Assembly (NCBI GenBank): GCA_030704615.1
Contig: CM060731.1
Location: 52,018,001 to 52,082,000 of the forward strand
Direction: 5' to 3'
From: Takakia lepidozioides
Lineage: Eukaryota; Plantae; Bryophyta
DNA length: 64,000 nt
This document shows, piece after piece, positions 25,570-37,689 of this stretch. Position 1 is the first letter of the stretch; each line of letters starts with the position of its first letter. Made by a program: the position numbers and the translations under genes. Below the pieces are notes generated by a model. It saw nothing but the letters and a program-made list of their open reading frames with translations. It made no database searches and was not told the origin of the DNA.

Positions 25570-25875
25570 TAATTCGGCGCCATTTTTCCAATGCATGTTC
25601 GGACTTAGCCAGTTTTCGGCGCAAAATAGGGAAATTCGGCGCCATTTTTCCAGACACTGTACCAGTGCATGTTGGGACTTAGCCAGTTTTCGGCCCAAAA
25701 AAGAGAAATTCGGCGCCATTTTTCCAGACACAGTACCAGTGCATGTTGGGACTTAGCCAGTTTTCGGCCCAAAAAAGAGAAATTCGGCGCCATTTTCCCA
25801 GACACAGGTACCAGTGCATGTTGGGACTTAGCCAGTTTTCGGCCCCAAAAGAGAAATTCGGCGCCATTTTTCCAG
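25570..25875. repeat. Element A subterminal ~58-bp tandem repeat (AAATTCGGCGCCATTTTT...GGGACTTAGCCAGTTTTCGGC)
   Basis: About 5 units directly visible. Confidence 0.9.
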
Positions 25876-26030
25876 AAATGGCCCCACAACTGCTTCTGTT
25901 GGATCTCAGTTTGAATGGAATATTGCCTCATTCCAGGAGTTTTGGGGTGCATTTCATTACACTGCAAAAAAAAGTCTGATACAGCAAAATGCAATTGAAA
26001 ATATCCATATGGAGGATTCCCTTTGCCCCA

Positions 26031-29000
26031 TCAATGATTTCTGGAATCCCTAAGGAGGAGTTTGTGCAGCTCGTTCACGCTCAACGCCGGTGCATGAATA
26101 AAGTCATCAATAGTCATGTTCATCCTCAACCTCTTCAGGTAAATGTAATACAGATGCTTGCACGGATAACACTTCGAACCCTTCTTTGCTTCCATCAACG
26201 AGAAGTCCGTACAATTGCAAGTCGGCTCCACTCCAATCGTAATTGTGTATACATCGTCGCGTACAGCCGAGCCGGCCGTTGCCATCCGATACACACGTCC
26301 AAGGCCGGGTGGGGGTACGTCCACGGAGCTCTGAATAGTGCAAGCCATCCCAAGAGCATTGGCAATCCGAGTCTCATTCAACTTGTTGGGAGGGTGTCGT
26401 CTCTTCACTCTTTCCGAATCGCATTGTGGGATGTGCAGAATTGTCCAATCCGTCTCTACTGGACCGAGCAGTCTGCAATGGCTGGGTCTGAGGAACCGGA
26501 AATGCGTGGGCCGGGATGTCTGTGCGTTGCACCATTCGAAATTCTGCTGCAGATAGAGCATCCGCCTCATTCTGAGAGAGGCTGCAACCCGGTGCAACAG
26601 GCCAGACGCCCGGAGGCTCCGGCATTCCCTGAATCCCGTACTTGGGCTTGCCAAATACACAGGTCATTATGTCGTGCCTACAGAACCAAAATGTCTGCGT
26701 TGTGGCGTGAGCAAATGTGGGAGTCAAAAATCTGCCGCTGAAACAAGGTGCAGGTACAGCACCATGTGGGTTCCTCCGAATCATCTCACCACAGCGTGCT
26801 CTCGTATCCACCCGGATGGCGCAGCACTTCCCTCGAAATACCGGCAATGTCCTCGCAATTCTCCACTGTGACTCCGACACTCTTGTCTCCACAATGGGAA
26901 TGTTGTACTGCTTTACTACAGATGGCTCGTTATGTTGCCGGGGCACACGCCCTGTGCTCAAAGGAGATGGCGATCTTGAACGTGCAGGACTTGCGGTGCT
27001 CGACGAGACCTCCTCGGGCAACATCAAATAATCTTGTCAGCTCGCCATGAATCCTCTTCTCCGCCAGGTGCCTCGTCAAGTCTTCGTCTCACTGGACGGG
27101 TATGAACATCTCCTTCCAAATGTTGGCCTCTTCGCAGCAATGGCGTGTCCCGAAGGCCCTCTCGCAAGGCCGCCGCCCACTTCCAAGGATTCTTCGATCT
27201 AGAGGCAGTCCGCATCAGCTTTTCCTGCCTGTCCGGCCCCAAGCCCCACTGTTTCCCTTTCAAGAACTCGTTGTACCTGCATTGTTGCATAATTGACCTC
27301 ACAATGTCCTCCGTTGTGGCAGTGAGGATGTCCACCAGATGCGCCGCAGAGGAGGCACGCCAGGAAGAGTGCACTGATTCGGCCATGTTTGTCGTGGGCA
27401 TGTCGGTGTCGGAGTCGAGACACATTTCCTGCACAAGCACATGTTGAGGTTACAAGCAAGTTACAAATATGGCCAAGAATAATATTCAACGGGACGTGAA
27501 TTCGTGCAACTCACCTCCCGCATATAGTCGCCGAACTGGAGGAAACGATAATGCCACCATGCTAGCCAACTGACCATTGCTCCCTCGTCTGATTTCCTTA
27601 CAGCACCTGACGATGTCCACCAAGCCCGTATACATGCAAACTGTGTCTCTGCATCATCCAAGGTGGGAGCGCGCTTCCACGCAAGGCACATGGAACGGTG
27701 CTCCTCTCTGAAATCTGGCGCCACGAGCCTGGTTGTGTACTGCGAAAGGCTCTGCAGAAAATGGAACCCACAAGATCTCTCCTTGCCTTCCATGGGAACA
27801 TTGGGGTCTTGCCCGTACACCCTTCGGATGGCAGCCCAATTTGCTTGTGCGTTGTCCGCCATGAAACCACGGAAATTCGGAGGGGGCGATCCCGCCTTGG
27901 CCATCTGTTCGTTTATTCCCTGCCAAAGAAGCATCTCCGATTGTGTGTCCTCTCCTTTCATCTCACAAATAACAATTGTCATTAGCATCCTGCAGTGGGT
28001 GTTGTAGACATGTGCACCCATTGTCACCCACTGGTGATTTGTAATTCGCTTGATATGGTCGAACATGACCCAACTGTTTGACAAGTCCCCACTCGTCATT
28101 CTATCGACCAGTTCGACGCCGCTGCCAGGTCCACACGTGGACATTTTGAATACGAAACAACAATCTGCCTCAGTCCCTTGTCCTGGAAACCTACTTCCAT
28201 GAATGTAGTCATATCCACATCGTCGCTTCACCTCCAGAATGGAGTGCATATCCGAGCCACGCCCAATTTTCTGTTTGCATGAGACAATGTGGTTTCGGAC
28301 ATTCGGTGAACATACGTGGGACACCGACTCCAGCAATGCCTCCATTTCCTTCTCGTCGAGAGGAACTCTATCGGAGCCGTCTTCCGATATAATTCTGGCC
28401 AATGCCATCTTATGGGCGGCTTGGAGCTATATCTGTTTGGGTTTGGCACCCGGTCTCAACTTAACCTCCTCCTGAACGAGCTGCTCTGCTTCGTGGGCAG
28501 CCTCCCGCGAGTTCCCCCTCGCCAATTTGTGACAATGGGAACCAACGTGTATGCAAGCTCGGGTGAGGTCAGGGAAACGGTGCAACACATAGAACTGCTT
28601 GGCATTACAAACAGACATGTAGTGTGGTGGTTCTTTGCAATGCGCACACTTAAATGTGGAGTTCGGAACCTTCTCCTGAGCTCGAAATGGTTGATGAGAT
28701 GTGCCTGTCCAATCGGTCTCGTTCCTGTGACCTCTGGATTTAAAGTGGAAGCAAGTTGGGGAGAAAACACCGCAACGCGCCCGCACAAACAACGTAGCGC
28801 ACCCGCACACCATCGAGCATCTTCATGCTGGTGGTTTTGGTAACGCACCAAGGATGACCGTCATGTTTTCTATCCATATCTGTCAACATTCCGAACGCCC
28901 TCGAGTAGTCCGCCTGAGGAGGGAACTCAAAGAAGATATTACCGTCGACGTCGGCGGGCATGTAACCGATTTAATTGCGAACTTGCTGTAGTCCAGCCCG

Positions 29001-29614
29001 GCCAGCTCCGACCGGTGTCCCTCCAGGTGAAGCCCTCGCAGAATTTCAAGAATAGATCGAACTGCGGTGCTCGTGCTGGGAATATGACTCCCTCCTCCAC
29101 TGACGTCCATTGAGGACTTGCCTGATCTCCAGGACGACCTCGGAACTTCCATGACCTCGTCTGAGTCGGACAGGTTGTGAACAATTCGGTTCTCGCTCGT
29201 CTTCATGGATGGGTTCGGCTCTGGATTTACTTCGTTGCGGACTTCTCTCTTTGAGGTAGCCACTCTCTGATTCGCGGATTGTTTCATGGAAGGCGCCAGG
29301 ATAGAAGGTGCATTTGGCAGGCAAATGAAGTCCCCAACAGCCCTGTATATGACGTTGTCCGATGGTGGAACTCGCCATTCCCTGCCATCGCCGAAATCAT
29401 CGTGGAGCACAACAATATTCTCGACAACAAGGCCGTTTGAGTCCTTCCTTTCCTCCTCTAAAAAAACCGACCCCGGTTTCAGGTGGTATCGAACGCACAT
29501 ATATTTCTCCATCACCCGGCAGATGTCCCCTCTGCACGGAAATGAAGCTCTATGCTCGTGAGGAGGGCAGTACACTGTAGCGCTCGGGTTTTCCGCCATG
29601 GGAGATGTGCACAC
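26031..29614 (-). CDS. Element A Mutator-like transposase (GCM/WRKY-like Zn region, DDE core, SWIM); several frameshifts; intron 27429-27514
   Basis: HDGHPWC..., RACIHVGSHCH, WVMFDH, FMADNAQA, CGFHFLQ (CxxH), TTNMAESVH (catalytic E), CNCTDF...YPCKH (SWIM). Confidence 0.88.
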
Positions 29615-29899
29615 AAGACTGCCAGGATGGCGTGCGGGGAAGCTCCCTGGTAGAAGGGGGATGCAGCAATGGGAAGGAATGCGGTGCCGATTTGTTCGAG
29701 CGACGAAGCCTGATCCAAGTCCAGGGAGCCAACTATCTCAAAAATCCACAGTCAGAGTGTTAATGAACCTTGTCTCCGGAATGCGGCCCTTGGTCTTTGC
29801 GCAATAACTGCCAACGGTATGCAGTCAGAAAGTGGGGGGCCGTCCGGATGATACGGATGAAGGGGAGAAGCCGGCACCGTGCTGTCACATTACTACCCC

Positions 29900-32250
29900 C
29901 GAATGGAAATTCGGCACCCAATATCCAACAGGGGCCGCACGGATGAAGTCATCTGGGGCAAAGATGCTGGCACCTGTCCGACAGAGAACATCCCCCGGAC
30001 GGAAATTCAGCGCCGAATTTCCATTCGGATCCCCCCAAAAGAAGTCCTGTCGGGGGGTCAGGCCGAAAACTGGCCGACATAAAAACCTACGCGGATGGAA
30101 AAACGGCGCTGAATTTCCAGCCGAGGCCTTTCGGATGCAGTTGGCTCAGGGGAAAGGCCGCCATCTGGCCCTCACATTACAACCCCTGGACGGAAATTCG
30201 GCACCGAATATACAACAGGGGAAGCCCGGATGAAGTCGCCTCGGCGCAGAGGCCGGCGCGTGTGCGACAGAGAACATCCCTTGGATGGAGATTCGGCGCC
30301 GAATTTCCATCCAGCCCCCCCCAAAGGAAGTCGTGTCGGGGGGTCAGGCCGAAAACAGGCCGGCATAAAAACATCCCCAGATGGAAAAACGGCGCCGAAT
30401 TTCCATCCGGGGCGGTTCGGATGCAGTCGGGGAGGGGGGAAAAGGCCGGCACCTGGCCGTCACATTTCAACCTCCGGACGGAAATTCGGCACCGAATATC
30501 CTACAGGGGACGCCCGGATGAAGTCGCCTCGGTCGTAGAGGCCGGATCGTGTTCGACAGAGAGCATCCCCTGGATGGAGATTCGGCGCCGAATTTCCATT
30601 CGGGCCCCCCCAAAGGAAGTCGTGTTGGGGGGTCAGACCGAAAACTGGCCGACATAAAAACATCCCCAGATGGAAAAACGGCGCCGAATTTCCATCCGGG
30701 GCGGTTCGGATGCAGTCGGGGAGGGGGGAGAGGCCGGCACCTGGCCGTCACATTTCAACCCCCGGACGGAAATTCGGCACCGAATATCCAACAGGGGACG
30801 CCCGGATGAAGTCGCCTCGGGCGTAGAGGCCGGCACGTGTTCGACAGAGAGCATCCCCTGGATGGAGATTCGGCGCCGAATTTCCATCCGGGCCCCCCCA
30901 AAGGAAGTCGTGTCGGGGGGTCAGACCGAAAACTGGCCGACATAAAAACCTCCCCAGATGGAAAAACGGCGCCGAATTTCAATCCGGGGCCGTTCCAATC
31001 CAGTCGAGGAGGGGGGAGAGGCCGGCACCTGGCCGTCATATTTCAACCCCCGGACGGAAATTCGGCACCGAATATCCAACAGAGCGGCGGAGAGGCCGGC
31101 ACCTCTCCGACAGAGACCATCCCCCGGATGGAAATTCGGCGCCGAATTTCCATCGGTGCCCAAAGGAAGTCGTAAAAACCTCCCCAGATGGAAAAACGGC
31201 GCCGAATTTCCATCCGGGGCCGTTCCAATGCAGTCGGGGAGGGGGGAGAGGCCGACACCTGGCCGTCATATTTCAACCCCCGGACGGAAATTCGGCACCG
31301 AATATCCAACAGAGCGGCAAAGAGGCCGGCACCTCTCCGACAGAGACCATCCCCCGGATGGAAATTCGGCGCCGAATTTCCATCGGGGCCCCCTCAAAGG
31401 AAGTCGCAGAAACCTCCCAGAATGGAAAAACGGCGCCGAATTTCCGTCCGAGGCTGTTCCGATTTGCCTCTAGCAGTCAAGGATTCCAAGAAAAATGTGT
31501 CTACAAGTGCACTTCAGCCACAAAACAAACAGTTAGGTTTGTTTTTCTCCGAAAAATCAATCCGACACGCTCAGAATTACCTGCAGGAAGGTAATAAAGC
31601 GCTTCGAAATACCTGGCGAATGGAAATTCGGCGCCGAATATCCATACGCCAGCGATCCGAATTACCTGCTGGATGGAAATTCGGCGCCGGATTTCCATCC
31701 ATCCGGGATTCCACTTACCTGCTGGATGGAAATTCGGCGCCGGATCTCCATCCATCCGCTCTCCGTCCAACCTTGCGGATGGAAATCCGGCCCCGGATTT
31801 CCATCCATCCGCCTTCGAATTACCTGCTTGAGGGAAATTTCGCGCGCCGCCCTACCTGCGCGGATGGAAATCCGGTGCCGGATTTCCATCCATCCGCTTC
31901 TGAATTACCTGCGTGAGGGAAATTTGGCGCGCCGCCCTACCTGCGCGGATGGAAATCCGGCGCCGGATTTCCATCCATCCGCTTCTGAATTACCTGCGTG
32001 AGGGAAATTTGGCGCGCCGCCCTACCTGCACAGATGGAAATCCGGCGCTGGATTTCCATCCATCCGCTTTTGAATTACCTGCGTGAGGGAAATTTCGCGC
32101 GCCGCCCTACCTTGCTGGATGGAAATTCGGCGCTGAATTTCCATCCTGCTGCGCTCCGAATTACCTGCAGGATGGAAATCCGGCGCCAAAATTCCATCGC
32201 GCAGCGCTCCGAATTACCTCTTCGTTGGAAATTCCGGGCCGAGTTCCGTC
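29900..32250. repeat. Element A palindrome array, consensus GGATGGAAATTCGGCGCCGAATTTCCATCC, in 288-, 230- and 67-bp higher-order units
   Basis: The consensus is a 30-bp perfect palindrome (full copy at 62151-62180). The 288-bp period shows as repeated ORF offsets (30549/30837, 30670/30958). Confidence 0.93.
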
Positions 32251-33884
32251 GTTTTTCATCCGACATGGAGGGCTTCATCCGACATTTAATTGCGCAGTTG
32301 GGCAATAAATGTCCACCGCCGTCGGTTTTCATTCGGGCTGGCGACACATGGCTTCCTGGATACGTACCCTAAATCTCATGCTAATCTTGGCTTAACATGC
32401 TATTCGAGGCATGTACCCCAAAAACGGAGATCTTTTTGGCTGGGACTTATGCCGCCTGAAGGGCGTGGCTCTCCTGAGAGAGACCTCACATCCAGACTGC
32501 GGCGGAAGTTGAAAGCTCTGTACTACGGACGACGGCCAATCTCTCGCATGGCCAAACTGAAGCTCCAGCAGGAGATTCCAGTGTCTTGCTCACAACCCGC
32601 GCCAACTGAAGCCGAGTACTCTCAGGCAAGCCACTTCTGCTTTCGCTTTGTTCGATTTCTTTTTTGCTTTCGCTTTGTTGCCTCGCTTTGTTTTTGCATC
32701 TTCATCCAGGCTTCGCTGGATGAATGAACTTTAGATAGTTGAGTGAACCTTAGATTGTTTGCAATGCGTGTGCAAATCCGGCAGCTCTGGAGAGGGGGGG
32801 GTGCTATTCTGTGAGCCCGGAGGCGTGAGCCTGTGAGCCCAGGAAACCGTGAGCCCAGCACAGGCTCACGCCACGTCAGCATACATACAGGGCCTATTTC
32901 CGCGGGTGTCACCTATTTCCGCGGGTTGATCAGCCATTTCCCAGGAATGCAGAGTGGATATGTTACATCCATTGTATCCATTGCATCCATGCAGACATTA
33001 TCAACATACCAAGCCCTCACAAGTTTATGTGGGTACGTTGTGAGGAGGTGCACACTGACATGATCTAAAGCGGAACCCTGCGAAATCTTTTCTTACTCAC
33101 CACCCTTGCGAACATGCCAGGTATGTGCGGGAGCATCATGGATGCTCATTAGATTTGAGAATGCCTCACAGCTCTTTGATGAGGTGGACTTCACCGTGAT
33201 GGATTCACCAAGCATTCTTCTAGCAGGAATGGTTTGGAGACCAACGAGCAACTGATGCGAGAATGCTCTACACGAACCAAAGTCGTTTGTTTGTATTTGC
33301 AATGCACTCAAGTCTGTGAGGTCCAAAGAACACTAAATAGATTGAAGGAACAATCCGGGCAGTCCATGCAACCCCCATCTCCAACAATAGTTTGTTCCCA
33401 TTAATGTGCATTCCACGCACACATTGCAAACAGGACAACAAGGACACACAACCATCCTATTTCAAATTTGGCCCCGAATAAAACGAAAAGAAAACTTCAT
33501 ATCAAGTATCACAGTCATCAGAATCAGTCTCGACCTCCTGTGCTATGTCATCCACAAAGATTCTGGCCCCAACACCACGTCTTCTACCACGGCCGTGGAT
33601 GGGTGGACTCCGAGTGCCATGAACGGTCATGCTTGTTGCGAGTGCCTCCGCATAGACAGGTAGCACGCAAGACCGAGGAGGACTGGAAAGAAGTCCAAAC
33701 AGGTGTGATAGCCCTGGAGGGCAAGTGGAAGCACGCGGACTCCTGCACATGTCAACAAAAACCCATTCAGAACACAATATGCAATACACAAGTCCAACGA
33801 AGAGGATGTCTGCCATGTGAACTTTGCCTCAAGAAGAGTGATTCTCGATATTGAAACAACAATATCAGCATGCACAGGTTGAAC

Positions 33885-36800
33885 TTATTCACAGGCAAAG
33901 TCGGAGTCCAGCTCCTTGTCGGAAGTCTCCTCTGTATCAATATCAGCGGGACGGGGCTTCGGAAGGACTTGAGAAGTGTGTCCACCCAAACCCATAAGGA
34001 GGTTGTTGTAAATCTCAGCATCCCCTTCAATCCCAAAGAGATGTCGGGCACTGGCCTTGCAAGCGTGGTACGAAGCACCTGCAGTGGAATAGAATGAAGG
34101 AAGCAGACATTGAAGACACATATGGAACGGTGGGAAGTACTGAAAGTGCAAGCTCAATCAAACCTCATGAAATCCGAATGTTGAAGAGACGAACCTGTGC
34201 CCATTGACAAATCCAAAACTCTGGCGTCTGTGTAGGTGCAGCACTCCACAATCGTTTGAATGAAAGCCGGGCTCCTCTCCCTCGCCCCTCTCCAAGGAAC
34301 CCCATTCCCCCTTCGCAAGCAGACGTTGCTGTCGACGTAGTTGTGGTGCATGTCATCCGTTGGAGGATCTGTCCTGTCATCTATGAACTTGCCCCCATGA
34401 GTGATGGCGAACTCCGAAATGCCGGCCGGAGTCGTTGGTGGATGCACTCGGACAAGACAAACAGCTTCAAACAAACGAGTCTGCGAACAACACATTCAGA
34501 AGGAACTAAGAAGCTTAAAAAATCAGGCCCCTACATATGAGATCGAGCGACCTATACAACTCCATCCGAGAACCACCAAGAAGAGGAAGAAGAAGGTAAA
34601 TTTACCATCTCTCCCGGACGATCCCCCTTCGTAAGGTACATGCTGTTCACACAATTCCATGTCTTCAGGACTCTCATGCCCGAGGCTTTCAAATAGCTGG
34701 CAAGTGCACGGCGACAGCGAACGTCGGCGGACTGTATGAGCACCAAAACACCTGCATCGGACAGGAAAAAATTGCAAAAGGAGAAAACCCACCGCCAGTA
34801 GCGCTCATCAAAAGCATTCCAACCCGGACAAGCACCCGATGGAGGGACATCCGGGACTGCCAACCCATCAAGGATGTCCAAGATTATGAGTTCGGCTGCA
34901 TATTGCTTCTCCTTCCCGTTCACCCAGGATTTGGTCATTTTAGCCTGCAAACAAAATTACAATGGAATACTCAAGAGGATTGAAACGATCCATGCCCACT
35001 GCAGAGAAGATGCAAAAGAGAACACGCACCGTGCCGAGGAACTGTACAATCCTCTCCCACACTGGTGATGGCTCGCCCTTGTAATCAGATTTCTTCGACT
35101 CCATCATGGCAAGGAATCCGACGTTGGCCATCTCCAACCTGGTAGGGCGAATGACCCTCGTCGGATGTTCCACTGCATGGTACGGGTCCTTGGGATCAAC
35201 CACCCCCTTGTTCTTTCTCACGGATCCCCTACCATGCGGTGGAGTCTGCTGGACATGCACCACTGGGCCAATATCTGCAACACTTCCCTGCCCTTGTGCC
35301 ACCTTCCCTCTACCCCTTCCTTTCCCCACAACACCAGCAACATCTTTCCCCTTTGCCTTTCTACCTCTACCCGGGGTATCCTGAGCGGGAGGCTCCTTCT
35401 CTGCAAGAGTCCTCAAATTTCGCTCATGAATGTCGAGGTCGGCTGCTGCGGCAGTGGCTGCAATTCGCTCATTCTCTCTCCTCAAAGACACCTCCGGAGC
35501 TGGGGTCTCAGAAGGAGGGCAATCCAAATACCAACCACAAGAAGATAGATGGTCTGGGCCCCAGTCATGCAAGATCCCAGTAGTAAACATAGTCTGATTT
35601 CCAGCAGGGACAAGCCAGAGGTCCACGAAATCTGGATGTTTGTCCAAACAATTCTCTTCCATGAGAACAAACTTTATGTACCTGCAGGAACAAAGACAGC
35701 CTCATTATGCAATGCAATTATTGTCTCTCAGTTTTTCCATCACATTCCCCTTAAACTGTATGCGTCACAGTACATTGCAACCACAGGACACTAAGTAAAC
35801 TGAACTGCCCAGGGAGTGCACCTGTAAAGGCATCGTTTCCAGGCTTCCTCTCCTTTTTCTTGCTGGTCAAGGTCATGTGTTCGACTGATGCCACCCTCCT
35901 TGCTGAACTCTCTAAAGAAACAAGAGTGCCACACTGTGGCTCTCCATTTCCTCATGTATGCTTCGAAGGAGACCTTCGGTGCTGTCATAGTGATGCCATA
36001 GTCAGCCAGCTGAGTATGCAGAACCGACCGTGCCCTTTCTTCCAACTGCAAAACAATTCAAATGCAAGAATGAACCCAAAAAAATCACTGCGAATGTGAG
36101 AGGCAATGGAAAGAGAAGGACAGGAAAAGAGAAAAGAAAGTGACACAAGAAAGGACATCACACCTGGCTCCAGTAAGTGGCCTTGTGAAGCCATGTGTCC
36201 AGCACATTGTCACTGACTGGAATGACACGCTGGGTCTTCTTCTCTTTCTCCGGCCTGGGGAACATGTGTGTATCCCTAACTGTGGGATCGGAGTTCCATA
36301 TCTGTAGCCACTTCACCTTCTGTTCTGAAGACACAACGGCGGTAGACAACCTGTGTAACTTCTCCTGGGCCATCTCTGGCTTGCCTGGCTTGTTATAATG
36401 GTTTTTTATCTCCAAGAGAAACTGCGCTCCGAATGATGGGTCGGCAATTCTCAACTGCTTCACAAAAGCACTCATTATAGTCCTTCTTGTAGCGGTCATC
36501 TCTTTTTGGATGTGAGTCTCAACCCCCTTTGCTGTCCTTCTCTCCTCAGGGGTTGACCTGTAGTATTCCAGTTTGCCACGCTCCCCTGCATCTGCAATGT
36601 CTTGCTGCAAGGGAATGCACGAGAGTTGCATGAACCGAAGGGCAAGGGAAACAAACAGAAACAAACATGTGGAAGCAGGAATATGGAAAGGGCAGATGAA
36701 GGAAGATGTATCTCACCGTGTACATGTACTCCATGAAAGCCTCGCGTGTCAACGAGTACCACGTTTCCGATGTCTTGGAGCTTTCGCACTTCTTGTACGT

Positions 36801-37600
36801 CTCCGCTGAAAGGATGGTCTTGAAGTTGGTCAAGGGCATCTGCCCGATCCTTTGTATCCTATACAGTGTGTGAACCAGACTCGTTTTGACATGCGATGTC
36901 TCCGTTCCTCTGCAGAATGATATCTGAAAGTCAGAATGAAATTCAAGGACTTTAATCAAAGAACCAAGGAACTGCAAGTGGAACAGGTAGAATGAGAAAC
37001 CAACCTGTTCACATCATTCATTGCCGTCAGAAGACCCATCATGTTCCCCTCACAATCCAGCACCATCGATCGAACAGAGTAATGCCACTCTTCCTCCTGT
37101 GAGTGCAGCCTCCCAATAACAGCCATCCATGCAAGCAATTGGTGGTTCCCATCCCAAACGTGAAACATCTTCCCCGAGAATGCCTGGGTGGAAGGTTTCC
37201 TGGAGAGAAGAAGTTCAAAGGATTCAATCACCTGTCTCCAAATAGGATCCCAGGAGTCCACGATTGACTCATCCACAAGGAGCTCATTGCCTGTGGAATC
37301 CTTTGTACAAACGTAAAACACTGCGGATCCATCCAAATACCCATGAACAAACTCGGCCTCTAGCTTGAGAATGTCCTTGATGAGGGGTGGTCGAACGACG
37401 GGCATGGAAACCATCCTACACAGGGGAATCTTCAACCTCCCACCCGGGGCAAGCATACTTTGCACCACAAGCTGAGAGTTTACCTTCTGACCCCCCAGCA
37501 TCTCAGCGGCTTTGCTTTCATAGAACTCATCGTCAACATCAACAATGATATCCTTCCCCAGCCCCGAAGGGATCTCCTCCGCCACACTTTGCATCTTCTC
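33885..37600 (-). CDS. Element B multi-exon gene: ParB/Srx-like N-terminal domain fused to a C-terminal beta-class N4C/N6A DNA methyltransferase-like domain
   Basis: Approximate exons 37600-37005, 36909-36717, 36604-36164, 36045-35795, 35680-35028, 34943-34598, 34500-34195 and 34078-33885. Motifs: IPLCRM..VVRP, WDGNHQ, LIILDILDG (motif IV position), then RERSPAFIQTIVECCT..ARVLDLSMGT|GASYHACKASARHLFGIEGD (motif I across intron 34079-34194). Confidence 0.78.
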
Positions 37601-37689
37601 CTGCAGGGTTATCCATTCAAATTGACATAAGAGTGAGGCATTAGACGAGGGTGTTTGAGCATGTCAAACAGGCCATCTGTGGTAGAAAA

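Noticed and set aside
29832-32372. Numerous MEIRRRISI-type ORFs (also 61300-63200)
   Set aside because: Translations of the palindrome array in all frames, with no coding signal.
33885-37600. Bacterial or phage contamination (ParB-MTase)
   Set aside because: Multiple GT-AG introns conserved with the A homolog, and located inside a TSD-bounded MULE.
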